Shown here: piece by piece, positions 1-12,900 of the stretch | Numbering within the stretch: position 1 is the first letter of the stretch | Layout of the letters: every line of letters begins with the position of its first letter | Assembly: GCF_964194025.1 (NCBI RefSeq) | Contig: NC_134481.1 | Coordinates: 23,808,001-23,872,000 of the forward strand | Source: Convolutriloba macropyga | Taxonomy: Eukaryota | Reading direction: 5' to 3' | DNA: 64,000 bases | Notes under the pieces: generated by a model | The model's input: only the letters and a program-made list of their open reading frames with translations | Told to the model about the DNA's origin: nothing | The model's database searches: none | Position numbers and translations under genes: made by a program

Positions 1-689
1 AAATAATCTTGTTTCGTTAGTGGGTTGCACATTTACATAAGGTTCTCCATGTACATTTGTTGAAGTCATACTTTGTTTGGGAGAAATTTCAGTAGATTTC
101 TCTCAAGTTTTTTTGCTTGATAGTTGTGTTAAATTGGAAGGCCGTGGGTGCATGTTATTTGCAGCCCACAGACGCACTTGCTTTGTTTTATTCAAAATGA
201 TTCACTGAGTAATGGTACATGCTCTGTAACTTCGGGGGGAGGGGGGGGGGGCAGAACGTACTGAGAGGTCAAGATCGCGAATGCACAGCCGGTCAACATC
301 CCGGAAAAGATCGACACATAAACAAAGAGTGGAAGAACTTGAATTCATCGTTGTCATAAAAACTCATAACTATGTTCTAAATGGATAGAACATGGAATGG
401 AGTACGTACAATAGCAATCAAGAGAGATGAAATAATGGTCCAGCTCCTATCTCACATCTAATTGTTAGAATTTTTTTAAGACACTTTGCCAATGGAAGAA
501 ACTTTTGGGATGTCAAAAATGAAGAATTTTTGTGAGATGAGACAGTACTGAGAAAGAAGGCCATCTTAGAGATTATTTTTATGAGATTGCTAATCTTTAT
601 TCAAAACGTTACAAAGATTCCCTTCTACTACTGCAGCAGCGATGGAGTTTTCTTGTGGCGTATTTGGCTTTATTTTTTAGACGTTTCAT

Positions 690-3600
690 TTATTTTGATG
701 GCAAAATTTTCCCTCGACAGTCGCCAAAACCTAATATCCGAAGATCACCTTGGAAACACGCCCCTTTTATGATAACTTCGTCACCATCATTCAGGAACTT
801 CCTTGTTATCCCAGATGCGCCCAGATGAACTTCCTTCGTACCTCTCCAAGAAAGTTCCAGCATGCTGCCGTAACTGGTTTCCGAATCTCCCGAAATTGTT
901 CCACTGGCAATCAAATCGCCCGGTCTTAAGTTACAACCGTTGCTTGTGTGATGAGCAATTTGCTGTTTCAAGGTCCAGTAAAGGTATTTAAAATTTGAAT
1001 GGGATACATGACCCATCTGTTTAGAGTTTTCGGGTTGAATGAGGATATCTAATGCTATATCGAAGTTAAAATCATCTTCATGCTGTAAATATGGCAGTGG
1101 CTTTGGGTCTTGTTCTACATTTGGCACTTTAAACGCTTCTAAAGCCTCGATTGTTATTATCCAAGGAGATATGGTAGTTCCAAGAGATTTGCCTAAAAAG
1201 GGACCTAAAGGTACATACTCCCATTTTTGAATGTCTCGAGCACTCCAATCGTTCATAAGTGTTAAGCCAAAAACGCAGTCTTGTGCATTGTCAATAGGTA
1301 TTGGCTCTCCCAGATTGTTTCCTGGACCGCCAATGAAACATGCCATCTCTAGTTCGAAATCCATAAGCTTACATGGCCCAAATGCCGGGGTTGTAGGATT
1401 GGCGGGAGATACCATTTGACCGTTGGGCCTCCTAATTGGGGTGCCTGACACCACTACCGAAGATGCCCGTCCATGATATCCTACTGGTAGCTGAACCCAA
1501 TTGGGAAGTAGAGCATTTTCTTTTCCTCGGAATAAAGTTCCGACGTTCGTTGCGTGTTGTTTTGATGAATAGAAATCTAAAATATTTTTATTTGGTCCAA
1601 GAATTTTAGCCTAATTGAAGTGTGTTAGCCTAATTGAAGAAGACGGTATAGCTAAGTGGTTATAAGGCGTGACTGCCACCAGGGAGGTCGCGGGCTTGAA
1701 CCCTTTCTGGAGTTGCTTGTAACCTTAAGCTACACCCCCTCTAAATTAAATTGCCGAAACAATGCTGAAACTATATCTATTGATTGCCAATTGATCTCAA
1801 GCGTATCTGCAGTAAAAATGGCAGGAGATCTAATGCTTCTCACAGTATGCAGTATTTTCTGTCAAAGAAATTAGCTGGCGACTAAAACAAACATCACCCT
1901 GTTCCTAATCCTTCCAAAAAAAAGATTCAGAAGCTTAACTCATAGATTATCTTTCTTAATTGTTTGTAGGTTAAATTTACAGTTGTTCCGATATTTATGC
2001 GGGACTATTTTGTCTGGGTCTTTTTTGTCTGCTTTTCTTGGACTATTTTGTCTGGCGCAATTTTGTCTGCTCTTCTTGGAGCATTTTGTCTGAGACTCTT
2101 TTGTTTGGGAATATTTTGCAAGTTGGGACTGTTTTGTCAGGACATGTTACACCTGGCCAATTGACTTTCGTTAAGCTTTTTGGAGATATTGAGATTTTTC
2201 TTTGTCATATTTTTTTCCCTAATTTTATTTTTCTACTAAAACTATCTGTAAAGACGCTTATTTGTACATAATTTTTTATACAAAGCGCATGTAGGCAAAA
2301 ACAGACTGTTAGCCAACTTTTTGAATAGTCTGTCTCGTGTTTCATTTTTTATAGCCGCGAAGCGATAGCTGAGGCTATTATTGGCCTTCTCTTGTTTTTA
2401 CGGTTCACAGAATTTGAATTGTATTGGGGCGCTGTCTGTTTTTAAGATCTGTTCACACATTTTCTTGATTTTTGAAGTCAAATTGGAGTACTGATTTTGG
2501 TCATGCCAAAACAGAATTGGAGCGAAAAAACGAGTGGTTTTGTGGCGTGAAGTTTTTGCGCTCTAATATTAAAGTAGAGTGAGAAAACGGTGTTTGAACA
2601 AAAATCCGCTTTCTCGCTAGTGATTTTTTGTTCACATGCGGCAATTTCACTTTCATTTTTACTGTTTTTTTGATTTTTCGGGTAGCATTTTTTTCTTAAT
2701 GGTTTTCCCAATCCATTCGTAGTTCATTCTAGACAGTTTTTTGCTCAAGCCAAGTTTCCGTTTCTCGCTAGTGGTTTTTGTTCACATGCGGCATTTTGAC
2801 ATTGATTGTGTGTTTTTAATTTTTTCGATCTGTGTTTTTTTTAAATGGTTTTCCAATTTACTCATAGTCTGTTTTAGGTCTAGTTATTGTTTGGTCATTG
2901 AAAATTCTTTGAATTGTACGTCAGGACTTGTCCTGCTATATTTTTAAAATTCAAAGAATTTGAATTGTATTGGGGCGCTGTCTTTTTTTTAAGATCTGTT
3001 CACACATTTTCATGATTTTTGAAGTCAAATTGGAGTGGTGATTTTGGTCACGCCGAAACAGGAAATGGAGCGAAAAAGGGAGTGGTTTTGCGGCGTGGAT
3101 TTTTTTCGCTCTAATTTTAAAGTAGAGTGAGAAAACAGTGTTTGAACAAAAGTTCGATTTCTCTGTAGTGGTTTTTTGTTCACATGCGGCAATTTCACTC
3201 TGATTTTTACTGTTTTTTCGATTTTTTGGATCGGATTTTTTTCTGAATGGTTTTCCCAATCCATTTACAGCTCATTCTGGACCTAGTTTTTTGTTAGAAT
3301 CAAAATTACATATCTCACTAGTGGTTTTTTGTTCTCCCTAGCAGCATTTTGACATTGATTTTCTGTTTTTTTTGTTTTTTTTTCATCTGATTTTTTTAGA
3401 AATGGTTTTCCCAATTCACCCACTGTCCGTTCTAGGTCTAGTTGTTTGTTAAGTCAATGAAAATTTTTTGAATTGTACGTCAGGACTTGTCCTGCTATGT
3501 TTTTTATTTCGTCAAGATTTTTGTTACCACCACTTCAAATCTGCTTTTTATTCATTCGTTCATGCAATTTCAACTAAGTGCATGCGTGTCGTCATTTTTC

Positions 3601-4864
3601 ACTCTCATTAAAGCGAGTTTTTTGTTCATTGGTGCGAAAAAGTTTTTCGGTCACACGTGACTTACCTCACTCTCAAAAATGACTCCTCGCTCAAAATTGA
3701 CTTTTCTTCACTTTAATTCAAAGAGATAAGGTCAAACGAGTGTGTGTCACTCTAATTGAAGGTTATTTGAGAGCAGTGAATAAAAGTAGCGTTAGGATAA
3801 ACCAATTATTGATAAAAAATACAGCTCAGCATTAAATAAAAAGGATTTTTTGGTCTGATTTTTTTACTATCTTTTTGAGACTGCAGATCTATTGCGACTA
3901 TTTTCTGGCAATCTGCCAGTTATGTTTTCTCTTTGCTTTTTTAATGAATTGTTTTTATGATTTTTATTTTGGATAGATATGGTAATATCGTTTTGTTGAA
4001 GTTAATTTTGAAGAAAAGTTTATTGCTCGTTCTAATTACTCTCAAAGTATGTATGAATAATTATATTAATCTGTTGATCTTTTTCATGGATTTCGTTTTG
4101 CTCTTTATTTTACATCTGAAAGATGAATTTCGTAACTTTTCGCCGTGAGAAATTGGATAAACTAGAAAACAACCGGGGAAATGAATCGCAATCCCACCAA
4201 GAGTCTTGCTAGTGTGTGATTGGCCGAAACTACTGAGGAGAGTCGAATTCATGCATAAAAAGCAGTTCTTGGAGTTTTGTAGACCCCCGACTCTACTTCA
4301 GTACGATTTCTGCTTTGTAGGTGTAAATTCATGTTGAAAAGGGAAATCACTGACAAGATAGTTTACTGGAGCTTAGGGTTGCATTTGGTAAATCAATGTT
4401 GAATTTTACAAATTGCAGAGTTCAGAAAAATAAAAAAACACGGGTTTTTCAGTTTGTTTTTAGTTTTTTAGTGCTGACCAATTACCTGTATAATCGCCAA
4501 TATTTGCTGGCAAATGCATTTCAGCCTCAACAATGGGAACCAAAATTTTGGATCTTGCTTCATCGTTGTCAATATCTGATCCTTTCTTCAACAATCTTTG
4601 GACTTCCGATCTTGTTTTCCTCCACATTGGTCTTCCACAAGCCATGAATTTGTTTAAGACATCGGACTTGAACACTTTTTTGTTTTGAAGCAACTCCTCC
4701 TCTTGAAAGTACTCGGAGAGTTCTCGCAGATCGATTACAAAAGAGCCAATAGCACTGCAAATTGATTTTGGCTTCGAATACTTTTCCGAGGAAAATACCC
4801 CAAATGGGATATTATGTATTGTAAAATCGGAGTCGGAGTCAATATCGATGAATATTTCAGACAT
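690..4864 (-). CDS. FAH: Fumarylacetoacetase, 2 coding exons, 421 aa
   Basis: Exon 1 4864-4486 ([25 protein letters not shown]...LPANIGDYT, donor GTAAT). Exon 2 1576-690 (acceptor TTAG; [13 protein letters not shown]...DFELEMA...[23 protein letters not shown]...LIASGTISG). The phase-1 junction rebuilds the conserved IGDYTDFYSS; total 1266 nt. Confidence 0.96.
1643..1710 (+). repeat. tRNA-like head (SINE or tRNA pseudogene) in the FAH intron
   Basis: A-box-like TAGCTAAGTGG (1649-1659) and degenerate B-box GGCTTGAACCC (1693-1703) at tRNA spacing; stems pair poorly. Confidence 0.45.
2351..3924 (+). mobile_element. Helentron/HINE-like host (B type) containing two tandem family-A elements (2400-2941, 2946-3499)
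   Basis: 5' ATAGCCGC...GGCTATT. 3' GCGACTATT, hairpin CTGGCA-ATC-TGCCAG, then TTATG and T-run. Each A copy ends TTGAATTGT, CAGGA-CTTG-TCCTG, CTAT. Confidence 0.8.
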
Positions 4865-6047
4865 CGCTATCCAATGTCGACTTGGTCAGCTTTCAAAAGG
4901 CGTTAGTTTAAGTGGAATGAATTTAAAGAAGGCGTTGACTTCGTTGCTGGCGGTGTGTTTGAAAGATTAAGATAATGGAACTTAATTAACGTAACTTCAC
5001 TAAATGAGCTATGACTGTCATTTTGATAGAAATAAATCATTATATAATCTATCAGTTCAAGCAGAATTGACCATGACTTGATGGAGCCAATATTTGAATT
5101 GGTGTACAAGTGACTCAGATGGCAAATAAACGGTAAGGTCAAATAGACAGATTTACAATTGTTATTTGAACCAACTCTCTAGTGTTCTACTTCTAGCCCC
5201 GATTCGTTTAACCTCCTACATTTTATCATGTTTTAACCCCTCACGGTGTTACCCCAGATCTCTCTTCCGAAACCTCCCGTATCTTTAAATTCTGGTGTTG
5301 AATTGGGATAAAGAATGGCGTTGAGATAACAAATTGGGTTTTAGATAGCTACTGAAAAAGTGTTTGTTCTCTTTTCTTAGTTTCGGTTAAAAAAATTTTA
5401 ACCTTTTTTGATCGACTGAAGTTTTCTTCTGCCCACCCGTCGAGTTATTTTGAAATATTTTGAGTGAAATATTTTTAATCTTAAAGGTATAATATGAATT
5501 TTAAGATACAATGATCGTTGTAGATAGTCTTGTTTTTCAATGTTCTCTCAGAATTACACAAAAATTTGTTGGCAGGATAAATGTGTAGTAATGTATTGTT
5601 TTTCTTCCTTGCGAACAATTACCACCTAGTACTTAAGATCTTTGATTTTATTGATTGATCTTAACGATTTTTGTGCTCTCTGAGATACGCCCCCTTTTTC
5701 GTTCTTGTGTACTAGATTAATGAATAACCGATTTTTTTTCTTTCTGTATTTCATTTATTCAAGTACTGGCTATAGATTCATTCGATAACTTAGAATAGTT
5801 TTCAAAAAATTAAATTCAGTAAAAAAAATTGTTTTTAATCCGTCTGATGCATTTTTCCTATAGTGGTTGGTTGTGTGCGACTCATAATCGGGTTTTCAAA
5901 TCATTGTTACTAAACAGCTCACTAATCCGGATTTGAAAATAGTACAACTAAATAGTTAAGCTTCACAAATTTGTTCTTGTTATAAAATGTCAATATCCAG
6001 TGCTTAAGCAGGGATTACCTTTCGGTTGAAATTTTCAGATCGTGCAA

Positions 6048-6359
6048 ATGGGAGATTTACTAGCCCTCATATCCCCAAAAGTAGACACATTCCACGATTT
6101 CAAGGGACAGAAAAAAGCCGAGCGATGGTTTCAAATTATTCACGTTGTCTTTGCCATATTCGGCTTTGTGTGGGGCTACATGCTGCAAAGGTTCTCGATT
6201 ACAGTCTACTCGGTGCTAGCGGCCTTCGTTGTGAGTGCTCTGGTGACGTTGCCTCCGTGGCCTTGGTTCAGACGGGACCCTCTCAAATGGCAACCAAAGC
6301 AAATTGCCGTCGATTCTACACCGAGCAAGAAGAAACAAAAGACTAAGAAAGACTTGTAA
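6048..6359 (+). CDS. SPCS1: Signal peptidase complex subunit 1 (SPC12), 103 aa
   Basis: DFKGQKKAE, two hydrophobic segments, then LVTLPPWPWFRRDPLKW, the SPC12 family pattern. First in-frame ATG at 6048, stop at 6357-6359. Confidence 0.93.
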   Translation: MGDLLALISPKVDTFHDFKGQKKAERWFQIIHVVFAIFGFVWGYMLQRFSITVYSVLAAFVVSALVTLPPWPWFRRDPLKWQPKQIAVDSTPSKKKQKTKKDL

Positions 6360-6966
6360 ACGAAAACAAACAGCAGTTAAAATGCCCTCATCGTTTGAGT
6401 AATTATTATCTAAGAATTTGCTATAAACTGCAGATGTTGAACTTTCCTAAGTTCGTACCGTGTAAAGCGTTGACAAGCTATGGTATTGGGTTGCTATCAA
6501 CATATTCATTAAAATGTAACCACCCCGAAAAAGCCATTAACGATATTCGTTGAATCTTTCTAGAAAGGGATTTAAAAAAACTTTCTTGCACTCGAAAGCT
6601 GCTGTTCTTAAGAATTATTAGGATCGTGTGCTATATAGATAACTATGATTTTGTTTGTTAAAATGAATAGGTAGGGTAGGTTTCGTGGGTTTTTTCCCTC
6701 CGCCAATTAATCATTAGGCGAAGTTTTCATTTACTGTCGTTAGTTTTGGTTAATGGAACGTGCTTTAACTATATTTAATATAGCAATGTAATTTCAAAAA
6801 TTATCGTTTGTTTATTTTATCGTTGTTGATGTTAATTTTATCCTATTTAGATATGTTGGATCTGTTTCTCATTTAGTGTTGAGGTTCGAAGCAACAGGTT
6901 TTAAAAATATTAGTTTGTGCGCAGTTAGAGCAGTTTAACTCATCATCAGTGTTTATTTCAGTTAAA

Positions 6967-9900
6967 ATGGGGTTAGTTTCATTAACAGCTGTGACTTGTG
7001 CTTTCTTTCTGTTGACCTCGATCGGTCAAATGCATCAGAAAAGTCAATTGAGTAGCAATAACGACGATTTTGCCGAGTTCGATGATGAAGAATTTGATGG
7101 CGTGTCATCACAAACTCATGAGCGAAATGAGCCCTCTGAGCGGGCAGATAATTCCAGATCGATGGGGCAAGATTTGGGATCTGGTGGTGGAGACAGTACA
7201 GAAGATGAGGATCCAGGTGTTGATGACGTTGAAGAAGTGGAGGATATTGAAAAGATAGGAAAAAATGGAGCCGTGGACAAAGATTTCAAGTCATTTGACG
7301 ACGAACCCGAAGATGAAGACGACGTTTTAATTGAAGAAGAGGTGAGTTCGGAATCGATCTGGAATGAGGTTAAACTGGTAAACTTTAACGACCCCATCCC
7401 CTGTATGATATACCCATTTGTAATTTATTGCTCTCAAAAAGAAGTTTGTAGCAGTTATATTAGTCCTGTGGTCTTTTTTTTACGATTTTTCGCTTGACCG
7501 ATTTTTCCTCTGAGCCATTTGACTTTTCGTCCTTAAAAACGGGTTAAATAGTAGGTAGCGCCAGGAGGGCATTAAGTGGCCGAAATTTCATCGAAAATGT
7601 TATCAGGAGACAATTTTATGGTGTGAAGGGTGGTTCTTAATCTTGAAAGTTTGTCCCACTCAGTCATCCCCCCTCCCACTCACTCCCCCCCTGCACCTGG
7701 TGATTTGAACCGTCTATCGTCCAGCCCTCCCAATCATACCCTAATTCGCAGCTGGCTACTACCGAAGCCAACCGCTCGCCGGTCGTTTGAGAGTAATTCC
7801 CCGACGTTAGTCGGTTATATACTCTAAATATAACCTTGAAATGGTAGCACCATTTCTTAACTAGGATTCACAACTATTCACTGTGGACGGATTCGTGTTC
7901 TACAAATACCAAATGAGCTCATCTATGGTCACCTTCGGTCTGTTCAATTAGTTCCTTTTCAGACAGAGCAACCAGCAGGGGAGAAAAAGAAGCCGATGGG
8001 AGATCTGTTCACTGGGGTGAAGAAAGAGGGTCTGAAAGTGATCGATGTCCCTGAACACTTGAGAACCAAATGGGACGGGTTCTACCTGGAGTTCCTCCTT
8101 CTGATCGGATTGGTGTCCTACGCTTTGAACTTCTTCTACGGCAAACAGAAGAATCAAAAACTGGCTTCAGCTTGGTTAGTTGTTCAACGGGTCAGTCAGC
8201 CAAAAAGCTATACTTTCCAATCCCGAAATGTTGGGATTTTATGGCTAGCAATGGAAAAAAGTTATTCATGGCATAGGCATAGTGACAATGGATGTTGATA
8301 AATAATTTTTCTTTGATTTGGTTGCTCTTTGCTCTCAATCAATGCCTGATGCGGTTGAAAAGGACTCCCTGAATCAACTGCAAATAATTAATAGATTTCT
8401 TCGGATTTTTTCTATTTGCGATAGAATTAAGGTACAATATTTGACCTCAGCGTCTGGCTAATTTTTGGTATTTTTGCTAAGTTTGCGTTATCAGACCTAA
8501 ACTTCTGGTGAAAAGGTATTAGTTTCATTTGGGTCTGTTGTTTAGGCTTGATACTACACGAACTACGCTGGAGCGTAACTTTGCGGTGGTTGGAGACGAC
8601 GGTACCTCTAAGGAGCCCCCGAGTGTCACTAGTACTGGGTACTCACCTGTGCTGATGAAAGAGACTGAACATGTCTTCTCCCTCTGGTGCTCAGGGCGAG
8701 TCGGATGTCAGAGTCTACTCATAGATCTCAAGGTAGCAACTTATTAACTCGAATGGAACTTCCGAGGATTTAGTACTACTTCTTTCTATTTGTCAGCAAC
8801 GGAAATTCAAAAGACATTATATAATTTCAGGGTTACACCGTCCGGTTACATTGACGAATACGAATTTGAAGGCAATTTTTCCATAAGTTATCCAGCTGTC
8901 ACGGTTCCTTTCTGTCAACTATTTAATTATCGATAGATTTTATACTGACCAAGTATGAACATCTTCATAACCGCTCAGGGTGTCTGAGGGCTAGAAGAAG
9001 AGTTTATTTATCCATCTAATACTTATTAAACAATACATTTGCAAAACAACATTTTGTACAGATGGAAAGGACAAACAACGAGTCACTGCGAACTACTATT
9101 CGGTTTACCCAGGCGATAGATCAAGAATTCATGAAGCAAGTTTTACAGAGCATATATAGTACAAACGGGGAATTATTAATCAATAAGAAAACAAATATCC
9201 GCAGTTTAGCAAAAACTTGGTATAACGCTAGAATCATTAAATCAGGCCCAACAGAATTTTTAACAAATTTATTTTCTTAGAATCCAAACGGTAATTGAGG
9301 AAAGGATGAATTTAATGATTGGTGCAATCCATCTTGGTTATCCTTGTTTGCCAAACGAAGTATCCTGAAAAATGAAAAACAACCCTTTTTACTAAAAAGA
9401 ACCTAAAAAACAACACAGAATTACAAAATGGGCAGCATGAGGCCCAGATAGAAGCCATTGAAACAAGATATTGCGTTGCAGTAAAAGAACAAGTCTTTTG
9501 CACCATTAAAAATGAGAAATTTGGCGCCTCGTGAATCTGAGACCAGGAGCAAAAAAACAACTGTGCCAGGAAGACATGAGCTGCTTTGGGCCCCAGGTAG
9601 TGGTTAACTACTTCCAGTTCCAAATATCGAGAGAGTGTTTCTATAACAGCTAACTGAAGCGATGCATGTTGATCTCTCAGAAGGTCCCGTTTAGTCAGGC
9701 TACAAAATTAGATACGGATTTAGATCATTTTTACAGACGAGTTGATGGCAGAAGTTGTTACTTTTTGGGAGTTTAGATAGGTTTAAATTTTAAGTGGCAT
9801 CGATTGCTGGTGTGATGACTAAGTATTAAAAATTTGCTCATCCTTGTTCTTTACTTGGAATAGAATATATTCCTCATAACATAAACACTTCTTTTTTCAA

Positions 9901-12900
9901 AAAGGCAACCGAATTGTTATACGCTTAGTTTGTCGCCTGCTTGTGAATTGCAAACATTTTTAGACATTATAGTAATTCATTCCCTGGCTACCAATTTTGT
10001 TAAAATTTCAGTTGCAAAGTTTGCCTTCACAGTAAATTGCAATCAGAAATATATTCCAATTCAAGTAAATAATTAAGAATGAGGAAATGTATCATATTTG
10101 TTCGCCATGACATTTATCAATACTTTGCAGTTAAAACCCTCGCAACCCCTGATCGGTCATAAAATTTTTACACATATCAATTTTCATTAATCGATTCGGA
10201 CTTTAACACCGTAGATTGTAATTTGTTGAGTTTAAAATTCGCGTTATCGAAAATAGAAACAAATTTAAATAGTTCTTGAAAGATAGCTGTGCGACGAGTA
10301 TTGACTCCTCAAAGGTGTAAACATTGGAGCTGTACGACTATTTTGACCCTGTGTTGTTTCAGTTTGTTAAGAGGCAGGATATCATATCTCTTATCAGCAG
10401 AATTATGAAACCAGCGAGCGATCTAATGGTAACGTATTCGTGTTCCTGCAGCCTTATTACATGCATTCTGCTGTCATTATTCAGCCAATAATTTGTTTCG
10501 CTGTTTAGGAAGTAAATGTTACTCTTGACGAGGAATTTGAGCCATTGATATTTGCGTTTGGAACTAAGAAGGTTCTCACTAAGAACCTCAAAGAGCTGCA
10601 AGATCTGGTAAGTTCGACATCCTGGTTAATTATACTAGAAAGATCTCGATCAGATTTGCTGCGTTTGAACGAAGTTCTTTTAAAACATTTAAAAACCTTT
10701 TGTTTATCGTGCTTTGATTTACTCCAGTCGTTATGTCATAACTTGCTTGAAAAGAACTAGTACTTGAGAAAAAATTGCCACTATCTTTTCTCTTCCGTGA
10801 AATTGTTTGCTGATTGAGGTGCTCTGATAGGCTTGAATGGGTTTTATTTTTGCAAAAAATGACTGTTTTCACTGAATTTTTCTTTCAATTGTTGTTTTAG
10901 TTGTTCTTTCTCTGCGGCTTCGCCTGATCTAAAATTCTCTCTCAATCACAATTTCAAGCATCTGAACTCAATTGGCGGCAATTTAATACTAAAAGTTAAA
11001 TGAAAAGTGCGCCGAAACTGGTGTCGTTTTTTTACTTTAAATCTTATTAGTGGTATATGTTAAACTCTGATGTGGTTATTTGAAGCCCATTTTTGAACTT
11101 CTTGGTCCCATTTAGCCCCCCCCCCCGTCTGAAGCAGGCTGCAATTGATTAGAACTCCCACTGGTGGTTCGAGAGCAATTCTTTTGACGTTTAGTTGGTT
11201 ATGTTTTGACTTCGCTTTCTGCAAGAAACTGGCGAAACAACCTCAGGACCAAGAAGGACAGGGTAGGCAGTATTTGATTTAGAACCAAGTTTGGAGAAAT
11301 TATAATTTCTTTTAGGGCAAAATTTTTGCTTGACCGATCTTGCTCTGGACTGAACTTTCGCTCTCTTGAGATCATTCCTCTCGAACGAAGTTTGAAGCAA
11401 TTATTGCAAACGTTTGACTTCAACTTTAGTTCTTCATTTTGGAGTGATCTAAGTTGATCTCGTTCTGAAATAAAGTTGCACCTGCCTGTCATTCGAGAGG
11501 AATTTATCCGACGCTGGTCGGTTTAGGTTTTGAATTTTTGTCGAAAGAAATGGGCTAAAATAGTGAAGCCCGAGGGCACCTCAAACTTTTACACAATGTT
11601 AGGTCAACTGTTTTATTAACTGACCACCAAGCAGTTAACCTTAAGCGAATTAGGGGCAAACATTTTCAAAGTAGTAATTTTGGGTGATGAAGTAAATAGT
11701 GAACAGACTGGCGTAATGATTAATATGTTGAATATTGCTAGCACTTTTTTGATGCTATTAAAATGGTGACGGCGAGTTTTCAAACAAACGCGTATAAATG
11801 TAGAATTTAGATTGACCAATTAGAATTGGGATGTCACTATCCTATCACAGATTTTGCGCAGATTTCAAGCATTATGAACTTGAGAACAAAGCACCACACC
11901 ATTGCGGGAAAAGATAGAGGCAAATGAAGTGAATAATAAAAATTTTTATTTTAGATCTTTGAATCCGGTTTTTATGCAGAGTTGTCAGGCTTTGTTTTGA
12001 CTTTATACTTCAGTTCTGTGTTTATACTCGTCTGTGTTTAATTGAATTTAGTACCGTGTAATCAAATAGTCATACAAACATTTTTAGCAAATCCATTTTG
12101 TGGAGAAATTTGAATTACTAATTCTTTTTTTTTAAATCTCAAACATGTAAATTCGAATAACCCCAAGGTTAAAATTACATGTTGTAATATTATAAATCAA
12201 ACATACTACATCTTTCCCTTGAATAACTAAACATAATAATAATAATAATAATAAAAAACTAAGGTTCAGTTTCTAGTTCTCGTGAATTATTTTATAAAAA
12301 TAAACTTTTAAAGCCTTCAATTTTTTTGTCCATTGGAACTCGTTTGTGTCTTTTTTGCATCTCTTCCTTTAATTCTTTTTTAAATTTTTTCTTTGATTTT
12401 TCTTTGATTTTTGCTGGCATCTACCGTTTTTGCGAGTCTTTTCGGGCCTTGGCCATGCGTCGATGTCATTTGATATAAATCTATCTGAACCAATGAGGTA
12501 AAATATGTCAGTTTTTGCCTTCTTTATTGAGCAATACAATGCCCTTTGAGAAAATAGTATTTGCATATTGTCAATGATACGTCTGCAATTTTCACTAGCG
12601 CGGTGGGATCCGCGCCAATATGGAGAAATATTATTGCTGACCAGAGAAAATCAGAGTACGAGGAAATGGCTGGACTGTTACTTCTCATTTGCGATGTATG
12701 TCCAATTTTTCTTTGTTTTTTGTTTGTTTTTGGTTTTAAATCATTTTCTGTGCTCAGCCAGTGGTTTAATTTCGCGTTTTTAAAAACTGATTTTGAAATT
12801 TGAAGAAAATATGTTTTAAATACAATTTTCATACGTTTTTTAAAATTAGTTTTAATATTTTGACCATTTTTTGCAACGTATTTTAATTCCTCGAATCCCT

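Noticed and set aside
9000-9700. ORF with ERTN (integrase-like) and TGGCGCC (PBS-like)
   Set aside because: No other integrase motifs or LTR pair; too weak to call.
11165-11530. Orphan family-G-like 3' ends (about 11170-11203, 11490-11525; also 20505-20540)
   Set aside because: Matching 5' ends were not found, so element boundaries cannot be given.
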